Origin: Candidatus Latescibacterota bacterium
GTDB lineage: Bacteria > Latescibacterota > CBDEFO01
NCBI GenBank assembly: GCA_965237525.1
Contig: CBDEFO010000008.1
Span: 1,440,001-1,504,000 of the forward strand
Direction of reading: 5' to 3'
DNA length: 64,000 nt
Both the position numbers and the translations under genes were made by a program. Below, piece by piece: positions 52,695 through 63,470 of the stretch (its first letter is position 1; each line of letters begins with the position of its first letter). The notes under the pieces were generated by a model. The model was not told the origin of the DNA. It made no database searches and saw nothing but the letters and a program-made list of their open reading frames with translations.

Positions 52695-54620
52695 ATGCGT
52701 CAAGCAGCGCCGCACGGCTCCTGGAAGTCGCCGATTACGTCGGATCTGATCGTCTCCGATAGTATCGGTCTGGGGGAGATTGAGCTTGACGGCGGAGATG
52801 TCTACTGGGTCGAGATGCGCCCGGGGGAGGGCGGACGGAACGTCATCGTGCGGAGGACTCCAGATGGGCGAACGACCGATGTCACGCCGTCTCCCTTCAA
52901 CGCCCGGACGCGTGCCCACGAGTACGGGGGCGGCGCCTTCGCCGTTTCCCAGGGAACAGTCTACTTTTCAAACTTCGCTGATCAGCGCCTCTACCGCCAG
53001 GATCCCGACGCTCAGCCAAGGCCGATCACTCCCGAGGCCGATCTGCGTTATGCCGATGGCACCATTGACAAGTTTAGGGGAAGGATGATCTGCGTATGTG
53101 AGGACCACACCCACAGCGGGAGCGAGGCTGTCAATAGCCTTGTGAGCCTGGACCTTGGAGGTGACGGAGACCGTCAGGTCCTCGTCTCCGGAAGCGACTT
53201 CTACTCCTCACCGCGCCTTAGCCCGGATGGATCTCATCTGGCATGGCTTAGCTGGAACCACCCGAACATGCCGTGGGACGGGACAGAACTCTGGGTCGGA
53301 GAGTTGAAGGCGGACGGCTCACTGGGTGAATCTGAGAGAGTCGCGGGGGACATTGGCGAATCCATCTGCCAGCCGGAGTGGTCGCCGGATGGAAACATTT
53401 ACTTTGTCTCCGACCGGAGCGGCTGGTGGAATCTCTACCGCTTTAGAGACGGGCAGGTGGAGGTTTTAGTCCAGATGGAGGCCGAATTCGGAGTTCCAGG
53501 ATGGCTCTTCGGGATGTGCACCTATGCCTTCGAGTCGGAGGATTGCATCGTCTGCACCTACACCAGACACGGGGCATGGAGCCTGGCGAGCATCGACACA
53601 GCGTCGCACAATCTGGAGCCGATTCAGACTCCTTACTCCCATATCTCGGACCTCAAGGCGGCCCCGGGGCGTGTCGCCTTCTGTGCCGGATCGCCGACTG
53701 AAGCTACATCCATCTGCCATCTCGACCTTGCTTCAGAGCGGATAGATGTGCTGCGCCGATCCAGCGAAATAGCGATTGAACCGGGATATCTCTCGATCCC
53801 GGAGGCGATTGAGTTTCCGACCGAGCAGGGACTCACAGCGTACGCCTTCTTCTATGGGCCAGAGAATCATGACTGCGTGGCTCCGGAGGGAGAGTTGCCC
53901 CCGCTGATTGTCAAGAGTCACGGCGGGCCGACAAGTTCAACCTCAAGCGCTCTCAAGTTAGAGATTCAGTACTGGACCAGCCGCGGATTCGGCGTCCTGG
54001 ATGTGAACTACGGCGGCAGCACTGGCTACGGAAGGGCGTATCGCGGTAGGCTGGATGGCCAGTGGGGAGTCGTTGACGTTGACGATTGCGCAAGCGGGGC
54101 GCGTTACCTCGTAGAAAGGGGCGAAGTAGACGGCGATCGGCTCGTGATCAAGGGAGGCAGTGCGGGCGGCTATACGACGCTATGTGCGCTGGCATTCCGC
54201 GATGTCTTCCAGGTCGGCGCGAGCTACTATGGAGTCAGCGATTTAGAGGCATTAACACGAGAGACGCACAAGTTCGAGTCGCGCTATCTGGATCGGCTGA
54301 TCGGTCCATACCCCGAGCGTCGCGATCTCTACCGAGAGCGTTCGCCCATCCATTTTACCGATCAGCTCTCGTGCCCGATGATCCTCTTCCAGGGGCTCGA
54401 AGACGAAGTTGTCCCGCCCAATCAGGCCGAGTTGATGGTCGAGGCTGTGCGCAGGAAAGGATTGCCCGTCGCATACGTCCCGTTCGAGGGCGAGCAGCAC
54501 GGTTTCCGCAGCGCCCAGAACACAAAGCGCGCCCTCGACGCTGAACTCTACTTCTACTGGCAGGTCTTCGGCTTCGAACTGGCCGATCAGGTCGAGCCAG
54601 TGCCGATCCACAATCTGTAG
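52695..54620 (+). CDS. S9-family (prolyl oligopeptidase-like) peptidase
   Basis: [19 protein letters not shown] nucleophile, DEVVP, GEQHGFR. Confidence 0.93.
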   Translation: MRQAAPHGSWKSPITSDLIVSDSIGLGEIELDGGDVYWVEMRPGEGGRNVIVRRTPDGRTTDVTPSPFNARTRAHEYGGGAFAVSQGTVYFSNFADQRLYRQDPDAQPRPITPEADLRYADGTIDKFRGRMICVCEDHTHSGSEAVNSLVSLDLGGDGDRQVLVSGSDFYSSPRLSPDGSHLAWLSWNHPNMPWDGTELWVGELKADGSLGESERVAGDIGESICQPEWSPDGNIYFVSDRSGWWNLYRFRDGQVEVLVQMEAEFGVPGWLFGMCTYAFESEDCIVCTYTRHGAWSLASIDTASHNLEPIQTPYSHISDLKAAPGRVAFCAGSPTEATSICHLDLASERIDVLRRSSEIAIEPGYLSIPEAIEFPTEQGLTAYAFFYGPENHDCVAPEGELPPLIVKSHGGPTSSTSSALKLEIQYWTSRGFGVLDVNYGGSTGYGRAYRGRLDGQWGVVDVDDCASGARYLVERGEVDGDRLVIKGGSAGGYTTLCALAFRDVFQVGASYYGVSDLEALTRETHKFESRYLDRLIGPYPERRDLYRERSPIHFTDQLSCPMILFQGLEDEVVPPNQAELMVEAVRRKGLPVAYVPFEGEQHGFRSAQNTKRALDAELYFYWQVFGFELADQVEPVPIHNL

Positions 54621-54751
54621 GACAGTTCTGTGCAACTCCCTTAAAGAGTGGTGATGTAGGAATATTTGGATTTGACAGGGTAGAAGGCTTTAGTCTGATA
54701 TTGATCTTAATACCGAAAATGCGCCGAGCGTAGTCTGGCTTTATTTCATAT

Positions 54752-54885
54752 TTCGTCCTTTTTCTGGATGTGTTCGGGACTACGTCCACTTCAGCTAATT
54801 CTACATTCTATCTGGACAGCGATTGAGAGATCGGTCCGTATGACATTGTGATTGTTCTGGGTGATTGTTCTGGATATATTCGGGA
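54752..54885 (+). pseudogene. Decayed dockerin-like/EF-hand module
   Basis: FVLFLDVFGTTSTSANSTFYLDSD*EIGPYDIVIVL...DIFG matches the modules at ~30715 and ~35745; second copy at 61020..61139. Confidence 0.7.
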
Positions 54886-54974
54886 CATGAGGATGATTTT
54901 TAGAGTCGTCTATTGAGCAGAACGCTGAGTGGAGATCCCTCATTACATTAACCCAAAAATAAAGGGGGACTGAT

Positions 54975-56117
54975 ATGAAGTCTATTCGATCTTCTAATCA
55001 TAGATCGCAGTCAACGCAGGCCACAGAACTCACCCGTCGTGAATTTACCCATAAGATGAGTGTTGCTGCTTTAGGGGCCGGAGCATTGTTAAGCCCTGAT
55101 GTTGCAAGTTCCGGATCTACTACTGCTTCAGACGACATGAAATATAGAACACTGGGTAAAACGGGAATCCGCGTCTCAGAGATGGGCTTTGGATCTCATG
55201 TCACACAGGAAAATAGGGATGATCCCAAGGCCAGAGAAGCTCAGATTAGAAAGGGCTTAGAGTTAGGTATTAACCTCTTCGACATCTATGAGCACAATAT
55301 TCATCAGTTTGATCTGATGAGCGAAGTGTTGGGACCAGTGCGCAAGGATGTTGTGATATCTCTAGTCGCCGTGCAGAACGACACCATGGCGGAAATCGAA
55401 TTTGCCTTGAACACCTTCAACACCGATTACATCGATCTCTATCGCATCTACTCCGGAGGGGCCAGTGGGACAGCCAGTCTTGCTCGTTTCGAGGCTTTGC
55501 AGCGGGCCAAGGAACAGGGTAAGATAAGAGCCATTGGGGCAACGAACCACGATCAAGAAAGGTTGCTGGAGATACTTAGCACCTATCCGGAATTGGACTA
55601 CCTGTTGGTTCCGTATAACTTCCGGCATCAGAGACTCTCTCCTGTCAACTCCGTCAAAGCCGCCTCCGGAGGACAGGTCAAGTCTAGGGAGTCTGCTGCC
55701 CGAGCACCGAAAGCTGTTCGACAGACTGTCGACTGCTTCTTCGAGCCTTGTGATGACCCCGACTTTCCCTCCCGGGTCAGAGAAGCCGGCGTGGGGCTCA
55801 TAGGGATCAAGCCCTTTGCCGGAGGAGCTTTGCTGAAATTGCAACCCTCCGATCCCCTCTTAGCGGAGCTGAAGGGCGTCGAGGCAAGTCTCCCTCAGGC
55901 GGCATTGAGGCTTATCCTTGAAGCCAAGGAGATTTCCAGCACGATCCCAGCGATGAATTCTATAGATGAGATTGTGGAGAACGTAGGAGCGACGCAGCGT
56001 GATGGGTTATGTGAGTCGGACGTGCGGCTTTTGCAGATCTATGCACAAGCAGCGGAGCAGTCCCAAGGAGCATACCTGCCGGAGAAGTATAAGTGGCTTG
56101 AGGGGTGGAAGACATAA
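54975..56117 (+). CDS. Tat-exported aldo/keto reductase
   Basis: TRREF twin-arginine signal, YRTLGKTGIRVS, TDYIDLY, GKIRAIG, IKPFAGG. Confidence 0.85.
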   Translation: MKSIRSSNHRSQSTQATELTRREFTHKMSVAALGAGALLSPDVASSGSTTASDDMKYRTLGKTGIRVSEMGFGSHVTQENRDDPKAREAQIRKGLELGINLFDIYEHNIHQFDLMSEVLGPVRKDVVISLVAVQNDTMAEIEFALNTFNTDYIDLYRIYSGGASGTASLARFEALQRAKEQGKIRAIGATNHDQERLLEILSTYPELDYLLVPYNFRHQRLSPVNSVKAASGGQVKSRESAARAPKAVRQTVDCFFEPCDDPDFPSRVREAGVGLIGIKPFAGGALLKLQPSDPLLAELKGVEASLPQAALRLILEAKEISSTIPAMNSIDEIVENVGATQRDGLCESDVRLLQIYAQAAEQSQGAYLPEKYKWLEGWKT

Positions 56118-56349
56118 GTTTTCCTCACCTGCAGGATTTTCTCTTTGATTGCACGCGGAAAGTCCTCTTGAATTGTGTTAGTGGGAACAGGATAAAAACA
56201 CTTGTACAAGGTTATCCCTGGGACTATAAGTAGCTTTCTGGCGCACTTTTCTGCAGGAGACGATTCGCCCTGCTTCAGGATCCCCTTCAGGTAATATTTT
56301 TTCATGGCATCCCTGGATTCCCGTTTGCACGGGAATGACAATTCTTGAA

Positions 56350-58323
56350 ATGATCTCAACTGAAAGACAGACTCTATCCGACGCACAAGCAACTAAATCT
56401 TCAGGTGTTACGTTCAGGTCTGTTTTTATCGGAGCGCTGTTATCACTCTTTATAGGTATTGCTGTTCCCTATTCCAATATGATCATCAAGGGGACACTCC
56501 TTGCCCATAATTTCAGCACTCCCGCCGCCCTGTTTGTCTTCTTCATCTTAGTTGCGATCATCAACGTGATTTTAGGCGCCCTGCGAAGGAGCTTTGCCCT
56601 CAGCCGTCCAGAGTTAGCTACAGTCTATATTATGGCGATGATCGCTACAGCTATACCCACCATCGGATTCTCCGAATACGTCCTGCCTATCATCACTGGC
56701 CTTTACTATTTTGCCACGCCTGAGAACGACTGGGAAATTCTTATTCATCCCAATGTGCCAGAGTGGATTACACCTAATGATCCTGATGCCATAAAGTATT
56801 TCTATGAGGGACTTCCTGAAGGCCAGTCTGTGCCCTGGAACGAATGGTTTGAGCCGATATTTTACTGGTGTCTGTTCATTGTCACGCTCTATCTTGTGAT
56901 GATTTGTATGATGATAATTTTGAGGAAGCAGTGGATGGAGAGAGAAAGGTTGCTCTATCCTCTGGTTCAGGTCCCTCTGGAGATGATACAGGACGATGAG
57001 AGGGGCTCCCTTATCAAGCCTTTCTTTAAGAATCCGGTTATGTGGATCGGTTTTGCCATTCCCTTTATGATAGAGAATGTCAATGCCTTGCACAGTTACT
57101 TCCCTTTCATCCCGCGTATTGAAATAGGCACTAGTCTGTCGCTGTTCAGGAATACTATAGGGCTGAACCTCTTTTTCAACTTACCGCTTATCGGATTTGC
57201 GTATCTCTTGAATCGCGACATTGCATTAGGATTCTGGCTCTTTTTTCTTCTGACGCTACTAGAAAGGGGCACATTCAGAATTATTGGCTTTCAGAGCACA
57301 GAGGATTTGAGCAGGTTTGCGGAGTTGGTCGGTCCCTACCTTGCGCATCAGACGATGGGAGCTATGATAGTGTTAGTGCTCTCAGGGCTATGGGTAGCCA
57401 GAGGACATCTTAAAGATGTATTCAGGAAAGCCTTCAGGGGAGACCCAGATGTAGATGATTCAGGGGAGGTGCTATCGTATCGAACAGCCGTTTTTGGGCT
57501 TTTGATCGGGCTTATTCTTATGAGCATCTGGCTCTGGAAATCGGGTTTCCCCCTCTGGATCGTGCCTATATTCTTATTTGCAGTCTTTATTATATTTACA
57601 GCCGTAACCAGAGCGGTGATAGAGGGAGGTGCGTCGGTCATCAGGTCGCCCATAATGCCCTCAGACTTCGTCGTTTCGGGATTGGGGACGAGTGTTTTGG
57701 GATCGTCCGGGCTGGTAGCTTTAGCCTTTACGTATGTCTGGAGCGCCAATATCCGCATCTTCTTTATGCCCTGTTTTGCTAATGCGCTGAAATTAGCAGA
57801 GGAGATAAAGGGGAGTAAAAGACCTTTAATTTGGGCAGTGGCAGTAGCTATAGCAGTCACCTTAGCAGGGTCTATATGGGAGATTATGACTATATCTCAC
57901 AAGCACGGAGGGATCAATCTCCACGACTTCTGGTTCATCGCTGTTCCTCAAAATGCTTTCAGGTATATAGCCCCTAAATTTGCCGATCCTGTCGCGGTGA
58001 ATATTGGGGGATGGGTCTTTACGGCTATCGGCGCTCTGCTAATGGGTCTCTTGACTTTTGTCAGGTATCGGTTTTTGTGGTGGCCTGTACACCCTCTCGG
58101 ATTTGCCACCAGCACCTTCTATATTATGAATTGGGTCTGGTTTTCTGTGTTTTTGGCGTGGCTCTTCAAGACGGTAATTCTTAAATATGGTGGCTCGCTG
58201 TTGTATAGAAGGACGAGGCCCTTCTTCCTGGGATTGATTTTGGGGGCGGTATTTGTTGCGGGGATGTGGTTGGTAATAGACTTTTTCACAGGAAAGACCG
58301 AAAATGGCCTTGGATATTTTTGA
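56350..58323 (+). CDS. Multi-pass membrane protein, DUF6785/DUF6784-like (putative transporter), paralog 1
   Basis: LRKQWMERERLLYPLVQVP, WWPVHPLGF, LKYGG, RPFFLGLILG; ATG at 56350. Confidence 0.8.
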   Translation: MISTERQTLSDAQATKSSGVTFRSVFIGALLSLFIGIAVPYSNMIIKGTLLAHNFSTPAALFVFFILVAIINVILGALRRSFALSRPELATVYIMAMIATAIPTIGFSEYVLPIITGLYYFATPENDWEILIHPNVPEWITPNDPDAIKYFYEGLPEGQSVPWNEWFEPIFYWCLFIVTLYLVMICMMIILRKQWMERERLLYPLVQVPLEMIQDDERGSLIKPFFKNPVMWIGFAIPFMIENVNALHSYFPFIPRIEIGTSLSLFRNTIGLNLFFNLPLIGFAYLLNRDIALGFWLFFLLTLLERGTFRIIGFQSTEDLSRFAELVGPYLAHQTMGAMIVLVLSGLWVARGHLKDVFRKAFRGDPDVDDSGEVLSYRTAVFGLLIGLILMSIWLWKSGFPLWIVPIFLFAVFIIFTAVTRAVIEGGASVIRSPIMPSDFVVSGLGTSVLGSSGLVALAFTYVWSANIRIFFMPCFANALKLAEEIKGSKRPLIWAVAVAIAVTLAGSIWEIMTISHKHGGINLHDFWFIAVPQNAFRYIAPKFADPVAVNIGGWVFTAIGALLMGLLTFVRYRFLWWPVHPLGFATSTFYIMNWVWFSVFLAWLFKTVILKYGGSLLYRRTRPFFLGLILGAVFVAGMWLVIDFFTGKTENGLGYF

Positions 58324-58581
58324 GGGCTGGTCTGGATACGATGGACGGTGGGCGACGTGCTGCGCATTTACAAGCTGACAAGAGGGTACGGTTTCCAGAG
58401 GGGCCTTTTCGTCGATTTTTTCCCCACTAGATAGATCTATTCCTCCTGGCACACAGAGAGATCTATTTCTCCGAACAACAAGCCACAGACGTGATGACTA
58501 AGCCATGTAAATTCGGGAGTTTTCCGCCGCGCTTTTTTGCAGGAGACGATTCGCCCTGCTTCAGGATTCACCTTTTTTAAA

Positions 58582-60555
58582 ATGATCTCAACACAAAGAC
58601 AGACTCTATCCGACGCGCAAGCAACTAAAGGTTCAGGTATTACGTTCAGGGCTGTTTTCATCGGAGCGCTGTTATCGCTCTTTATAGGTATAGCTGTTCC
58701 CTATTCCAGTATGATCACTAAGGGGACGCGGTTTGCTCATAATTTCAGCGCTCCTGCCGCCCTGTTTGTCTTCTTCATCTTGGTTGCGATCATCAACGTG
58801 ATTTTAGGCGCCCTGAGAAGGAGCTTTGCCCTCAGCCGCGCAGAGTTAGCTACAATCTATATTATGGTGATGATCGCAACAGCTATACCCACCGTTGGAT
58901 TTTCCCAATACGTCCTGCCTATCATCATTGGTCTTTACTATTTTGCCACACCTGAGAACGACTGGGTAAACCTTATTCATCCCAATGTGCCAGAGTGGAT
59001 AACACCCAAGGATCCGGAAGCAATAAGGTATTTCTATGAGGGTCTTCCTGAAGGCCAGTCTGTGCCTTGGGACGAATGGTTTGAGCCGATATTTTACTGG
59101 TGTCTTTTTATTGTCACCCTCTATTTTGTGATGATATGTGTGATGATAATCTTGAGGAAGCAGTGGATGGAGACAGAAAGGTTGCTCTATCCGTTAGTCC
59201 AGGTCCCCCTGGAGATGATACAGGACGATGACAGCGGCTCCCTTATGAAACCTCTCTTTAAGAATCCGATTATGTGGGCCGGTTTTGCCATTCCCTTTAT
59301 GATAGAGAATGTCAATGCCTTGCACAATTACTTGCCTTTCCTCCCGAATATAGTCACATACACCGGTCTGTCGCTGTTCAGGAATACTACATGGCTGCTT
59401 CTCTATTTGAACGTACCGCTGATCGGATTTGCGTATCTTTTGAATCGCGACATTGCATTGGGATTCTGGCTCTTTTTTCTTCTGTTGATAGCAGAAAAGG
59501 GCACATTCAGAATTATTGGCTTTCAGAGCACAGAGAATTTGAGCAGATTTGCAAATTCGGTCGGCCCTTACTTTGCGCATCAGACGATGGGAGCTATGAT
59601 AGTGTTGGTGTTGTCAGGGCTATGGATAGCCAGAGGACATCTTAAAGATGTGTTCAGGAAGGCCTTCAGGGGAGACCCGGATGTAGATGATTCAGGGGAG
59701 GTGCTATCTTATCGAACAGCAGTTTTTGGGCTTTTGATCGGGCTTTTTCTTATGAGCATCTGGCTCTGGAAGTCGGGTCTTCCCCTCTGGATTGTGCCTA
59801 TATTCTTATTTGCAGTCTTTATTGTATTTACAGCCATAACCAGAGCGGTGATAGAGGGAGGTGCATCGGTTATCAGGTCGCCCATAATGCCCTCAGACTT
59901 CGTCGTTTCTGGATTGGGGACGAGTGTTTTGGGATCGTCCGGACTGGTAGCTTTAGCATTCACGTATGTCTGGAGCGCCAATATTCGCATGTTCTTTATG
60001 CCTTGTTTTGCCAATGCGCTGAAATTAGCAGAGGACATAAAGGGAAGTAAAAGATCTCTGATATGGGCGGTGGCAGTAGCTATAGCGGTCACCTTAGCAG
60101 GGTCTATATGGGAGATTATGAGAATATCTTACAAGCATGGCGCGATCAATCTTGACTACTTCTATTTCATTGCTGTTCCTGGAAATGCATTTGGGTATAT
60201 AGCCCCTCTTTTCGCCGATCCTGTCGAGGCGAATATAGGAGGATGGATATTTACGGCTATAGGTGCGCTTCTGATGGGCCTTTTGACGTTTGCCAGGTAT
60301 CGGTTTTTGTGGTGGCCTGTACACCCATTGGGATTTGCCACCAGCACGTTCAATATTATGAATTGGGTCTGGTTTTCTGTATTTTTGGCGTGGCTCTTCA
60401 AGACGATCATTCTCAAGTATGGGGGATCGCTGTTGTATAGAAGGTCGAGGCCATTTTTCCTGGGATTGATTTTGGGGCAGGTAATCGTTGCAGGGATGTG
60501 GTTGGTAATAGATTTTTTCACAGGGATGACCGGAAATAGCCTCGGATATTTTTGA
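58582..60555 (+). CDS. DUF6785/DUF6784-like membrane protein, paralog 2
   Basis: Same motifs and length class; ATG at 58582. Confidence 0.8.
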   Translation: MISTQRQTLSDAQATKGSGITFRAVFIGALLSLFIGIAVPYSSMITKGTRFAHNFSAPAALFVFFILVAIINVILGALRRSFALSRAELATIYIMVMIATAIPTVGFSQYVLPIIIGLYYFATPENDWVNLIHPNVPEWITPKDPEAIRYFYEGLPEGQSVPWDEWFEPIFYWCLFIVTLYFVMICVMIILRKQWMETERLLYPLVQVPLEMIQDDDSGSLMKPLFKNPIMWAGFAIPFMIENVNALHNYLPFLPNIVTYTGLSLFRNTTWLLLYLNVPLIGFAYLLNRDIALGFWLFFLLLIAEKGTFRIIGFQSTENLSRFANSVGPYFAHQTMGAMIVLVLSGLWIARGHLKDVFRKAFRGDPDVDDSGEVLSYRTAVFGLLIGLFLMSIWLWKSGLPLWIVPIFLFAVFIVFTAITRAVIEGGASVIRSPIMPSDFVVSGLGTSVLGSSGLVALAFTYVWSANIRMFFMPCFANALKLAEDIKGSKRSLIWAVAVAIAVTLAGSIWEIMRISYKHGAINLDYFYFIAVPGNAFGYIAPLFADPVEANIGGWIFTAIGALLMGLLTFARYRFLWWPVHPLGFATSTFNIMNWVWFSVFLAWLFKTIILKYGGSLLYRRSRPFFLGLILGQVIVAGMWLVIDFFTGMTGNSLGYF

Positions 60556-60731
60556 GGGGGCTGGTCTGGAAAGCTACGGGGACCAGTCCAGACTGGAGAG
60601 CCATTTGTGATCTTTACCTCTGAGCGTATAAAATGTTCCACTGGTAAGCTGAACTGGACTGATCCCAATCGCATTCAGCACCCAAACCCCATTAAGTCCC
60701 GATCCATATAGGTTCTGCGCCAGAAGGGACC

Positions 60732-60890
60732 GCCCGTCTCATACGTCCCGTTCGAGGGCGAACAGCACGGTCTCCGCAGCGCCCGGAACACAAAGCGCGC
60801 CCTCGATGCTGAACTCTACTTCTACTGGCAGGTCTTCGGCTTCGAACTGGCCGAACCGGTTGAGCCAGTGCCGATCCACAATCTGTATGA
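60732..60890 (+). pseudogene. 3' fragment of the S9 peptidase
   Basis: [48 protein letters not shown]; a more decayed copy lies at ~63654..63731. Confidence 0.8.
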
Positions 60891-61496
60891 CAGTTCTGTG
60901 CAACTCCCTTAAAGAGTTGTGATGTAGGAATATTTGGATTTGACAGCAGGGAAGGCTTAAGTCTGATATTGATCTGAAGGTGGAAAATGCACCGAGCGTA
61001 GTATGGCTTTATTTCATATTTCGTCCTTTTGCTGGATGTGTTCGGTACTACGTCCACTTCAGCTAATTATACATTCTATCTGGACAGCGATTGAGAGATC
61101 GGTCCGTATGACATTGTGATTGTTCTGGATATATTCGGCAGAGGAGTGGAAGGCATCAGGTTTCCTCACCTGCAGGATTTTCTCTTTGAGTGCATACGGA
61201 AAGTCCTGTTCAATTGTGTAAGTGGGAACAGGATAAAAACTCCTTGTACAAGGTTCTCCCTGCATTGTCGATCTTGGGCCGATCGGGGGAGGCCTGGCCC
61301 CGAATGATTGATCCCCGACCCCCGATAGAGTCAATCGGGGAGGGTTCATCGCTGCGACTATAAGTAGCTTTTATACGTAGCTTTCTGGCGCGCTTTTCTG
61401 CAGGAGCCGATTGGCCTGCTTCAGGATCCACCTTCAGGTAATAGGGTTTCATGGCATCCCTGGATTCCCGTTTGCACGGGAATGACAATTCTTGAA

Positions 61497-63470
61497 ATGA
61501 TCTCAACACAAAGACAGAATCTATCCGACGCGCAAGCAACTAAAGGTTCAGGTATTACCTTCAGGGCTGTTTTCATCGGAGCGCTGTTATCACTCTTTAT
61601 AGGTATTGCTGTTCCCTATACGAATATGATCATCAAGGGGACATATCTTGCCCATAATTTCAGCACTCCCGCCGCCCTGTTTGTCTTCTTCATCTTGGTT
61701 GGGATCATCAACGTGATTTTAGGCGCCCTGAGAAGGAGCTTTGCCCTCAGCCGCGCAGAGTTAGCTACAGTCTATATTATGGTGATGATCGCAACAGCTA
61801 TACCCACCATCGGATTTTCCGAACATGTCCTGCCTATCATAATTGGCCTTTACTATTTTGCCACGCCTGAGAACGACTGGGCGAACCTTATTCACCCCAA
61901 TGTGCCAGAGTGGATAACACCCAAGGATCCGGATGCAATAAGGTATTTCTATGAGGGACTTCCTGAAGGCCAGTCTGTGCCTTGGAACGAGTGGTTTGAG
62001 CCGATATTTTACTGGTGTCTGTTTATTGTGACGCTCTATTTTGTGATGATATGTACGATGATAATCTTAAGGAAGCAATGGATGGAGAGAGAGAGGTTGC
62101 TCTATCCTTTGGTTCAGGTCCCCCTGGAGATGATACAGGACGATGAGAGGGGCTCCCTTATCAAACCTCTCTTTAAGAATCCGATTATGTGGGCCGGTTT
62201 TGCCATTCCCTTTATGATAGAAAATGTCAATGCCTTGCACAATTACTTCCCTTTCATCCCGAATATCGTCACATACACCAGTCTGTCGCTGTTCAGGAAT
62301 ACTACATGGCTCCTCCTCTACTTGAATGTACCGCTGATCGGTTTTGCGTATCTTTTGAATCGCGACATTGCATTGGGATTCTGGCTCTTTTTTCTTCTGT
62401 TGATAGCAGAAAAGGGCATATTCAGAATGATTGGTTTTCAGAGCACAGAGAATTTGAGCAGATTTGCAAATTCGGTTGGTCCTTACTTTGCGCATCAGAC
62501 GATGGGAGCTATGATAATGTTGGTGTTGTCAGGGCTATGGGTAGCCAGAGGACATCTTAAAGATGTGTTCAGGAAGGCCTTCAGGGGAGACCCCGATGTA
62601 CATGATTCAGGGGAGGTGTTATCTTATCGAACAGCTGTTATTGGGCTTTTGATCGGTCTTTTTCTTATGAGCATCTGGTTTTGGAAATCGGGTCTTCCCC
62701 TCTGGATCGTGCCCATATTCTTATTTGCAGTCTTTGTTATATTTACAGCCATAACCAGAGCGGTGATAGAGGGAGGTGCATCGGTCATCAGGACGCCCAT
62801 AATGCCCTCAGACTTCGTCATTTCTGGATTGGGGACCACTGTCCTGGGATCGTCCGGACTGGTAGGTTTAGCATTCACGTATGTCTGGAGCGCCAACATT
62901 CGCATCTTCTTCATGCCCTGTTTTGCCAATGCGCTGAAATTAGCAGAGGAGATAAAGGGGAGTAAAAGACCTTTAATTTGGGCAGTGGCATTAGCAGTGG
63001 TGGTTACTATAGCCGGGTCTATATGGGAGATTATGAATATGTCCTATAAGCACGGCGGGATCAATCTCCACTCACACTTTTTCATCGCTGTTCCCCAATT
63101 TGCTTTCAGGCATATAGCCCCTAAATTGGCCGAACCCGTCGCGGCGAATGTAGGAGGATGGATATTTACGGCTATAGGTGCTCTTCTAATGGGTCTCTTG
63201 ACGTTTGCCAGGTATCGGTTTTTGTGGTGGCCTGTACACCCTCTGGGGTTTGCCACCAGCACGTTCAATATTATGAATTGGGTCTGGTTTTCTGTATTTT
63301 TGGCGTGGCTCTTTAAGACGATTATTCTCAAGTACGGTGGATCGCTGCTGTATAGAAAGACAAGGCCGTTTTTCCTGGGATTGATTTTGGGACAGGTAAT
63401 TGTTGCGGGGATGTGGCTGGTAATAGACTATTTCACAGGGATGACCGGAAATGGCCTCGGATATTTTTGA
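61497..63470 (+). CDS. DUF6785/DUF6784-like membrane protein, paralog 3
   Basis: Same motifs; ATG at 61497. Confidence 0.8.
   Translation: MISTQRQNLSDAQATKGSGITFRAVFIGALLSLFIGIAVPYTNMIIKGTYLAHNFSTPAALFVFFILVGIINVILGALRRSFALSRAELATVYIMVMIATAIPTIGFSEHVLPIIIGLYYFATPENDWANLIHPNVPEWITPKDPDAIRYFYEGLPEGQSVPWNEWFEPIFYWCLFIVTLYFVMICTMIILRKQWMERERLLYPLVQVPLEMIQDDERGSLIKPLFKNPIMWAGFAIPFMIENVNALHNYFPFIPNIVTYTSLSLFRNTTWLLLYLNVPLIGFAYLLNRDIALGFWLFFLLLIAEKGIFRMIGFQSTENLSRFANSVGPYFAHQTMGAMIMLVLSGLWVARGHLKDVFRKAFRGDPDVHDSGEVLSYRTAVIGLLIGLFLMSIWFWKSGLPLWIVPIFLFAVFVIFTAITRAVIEGGASVIRTPIMPSDFVISGLGTTVLGSSGLVGLAFTYVWSANIRIFFMPCFANALKLAEEIKGSKRPLIWAVALAVVVTIAGSIWEIMNMSYKHGGINLHSHFFIAVPQFAFRHIAPKLAEPVAANVGGWIFTAIGALLMGLLTFARYRFLWWPVHPLGFATSTFNIMNWVWFSVFLAWLFKTIILKYGGSLLYRKTRPFFLGLILGQVIVAGMWLVIDYFTGMTGNGLGYF

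Noticed and set aside
56335..56349. ORF-track starts at 56335, 58537 and 61482 for the membrane proteins
   Set aside because: Two fall in an ATTCCCG...CGGGAAT palindrome; only the MIST ATG is shared by all three paralogs.
56350..63470. Diversity-generating retroelement behind the paralog variation
   Set aside because: No reverse transcriptase or template repeat in the window, and differences are spread over whole genes.
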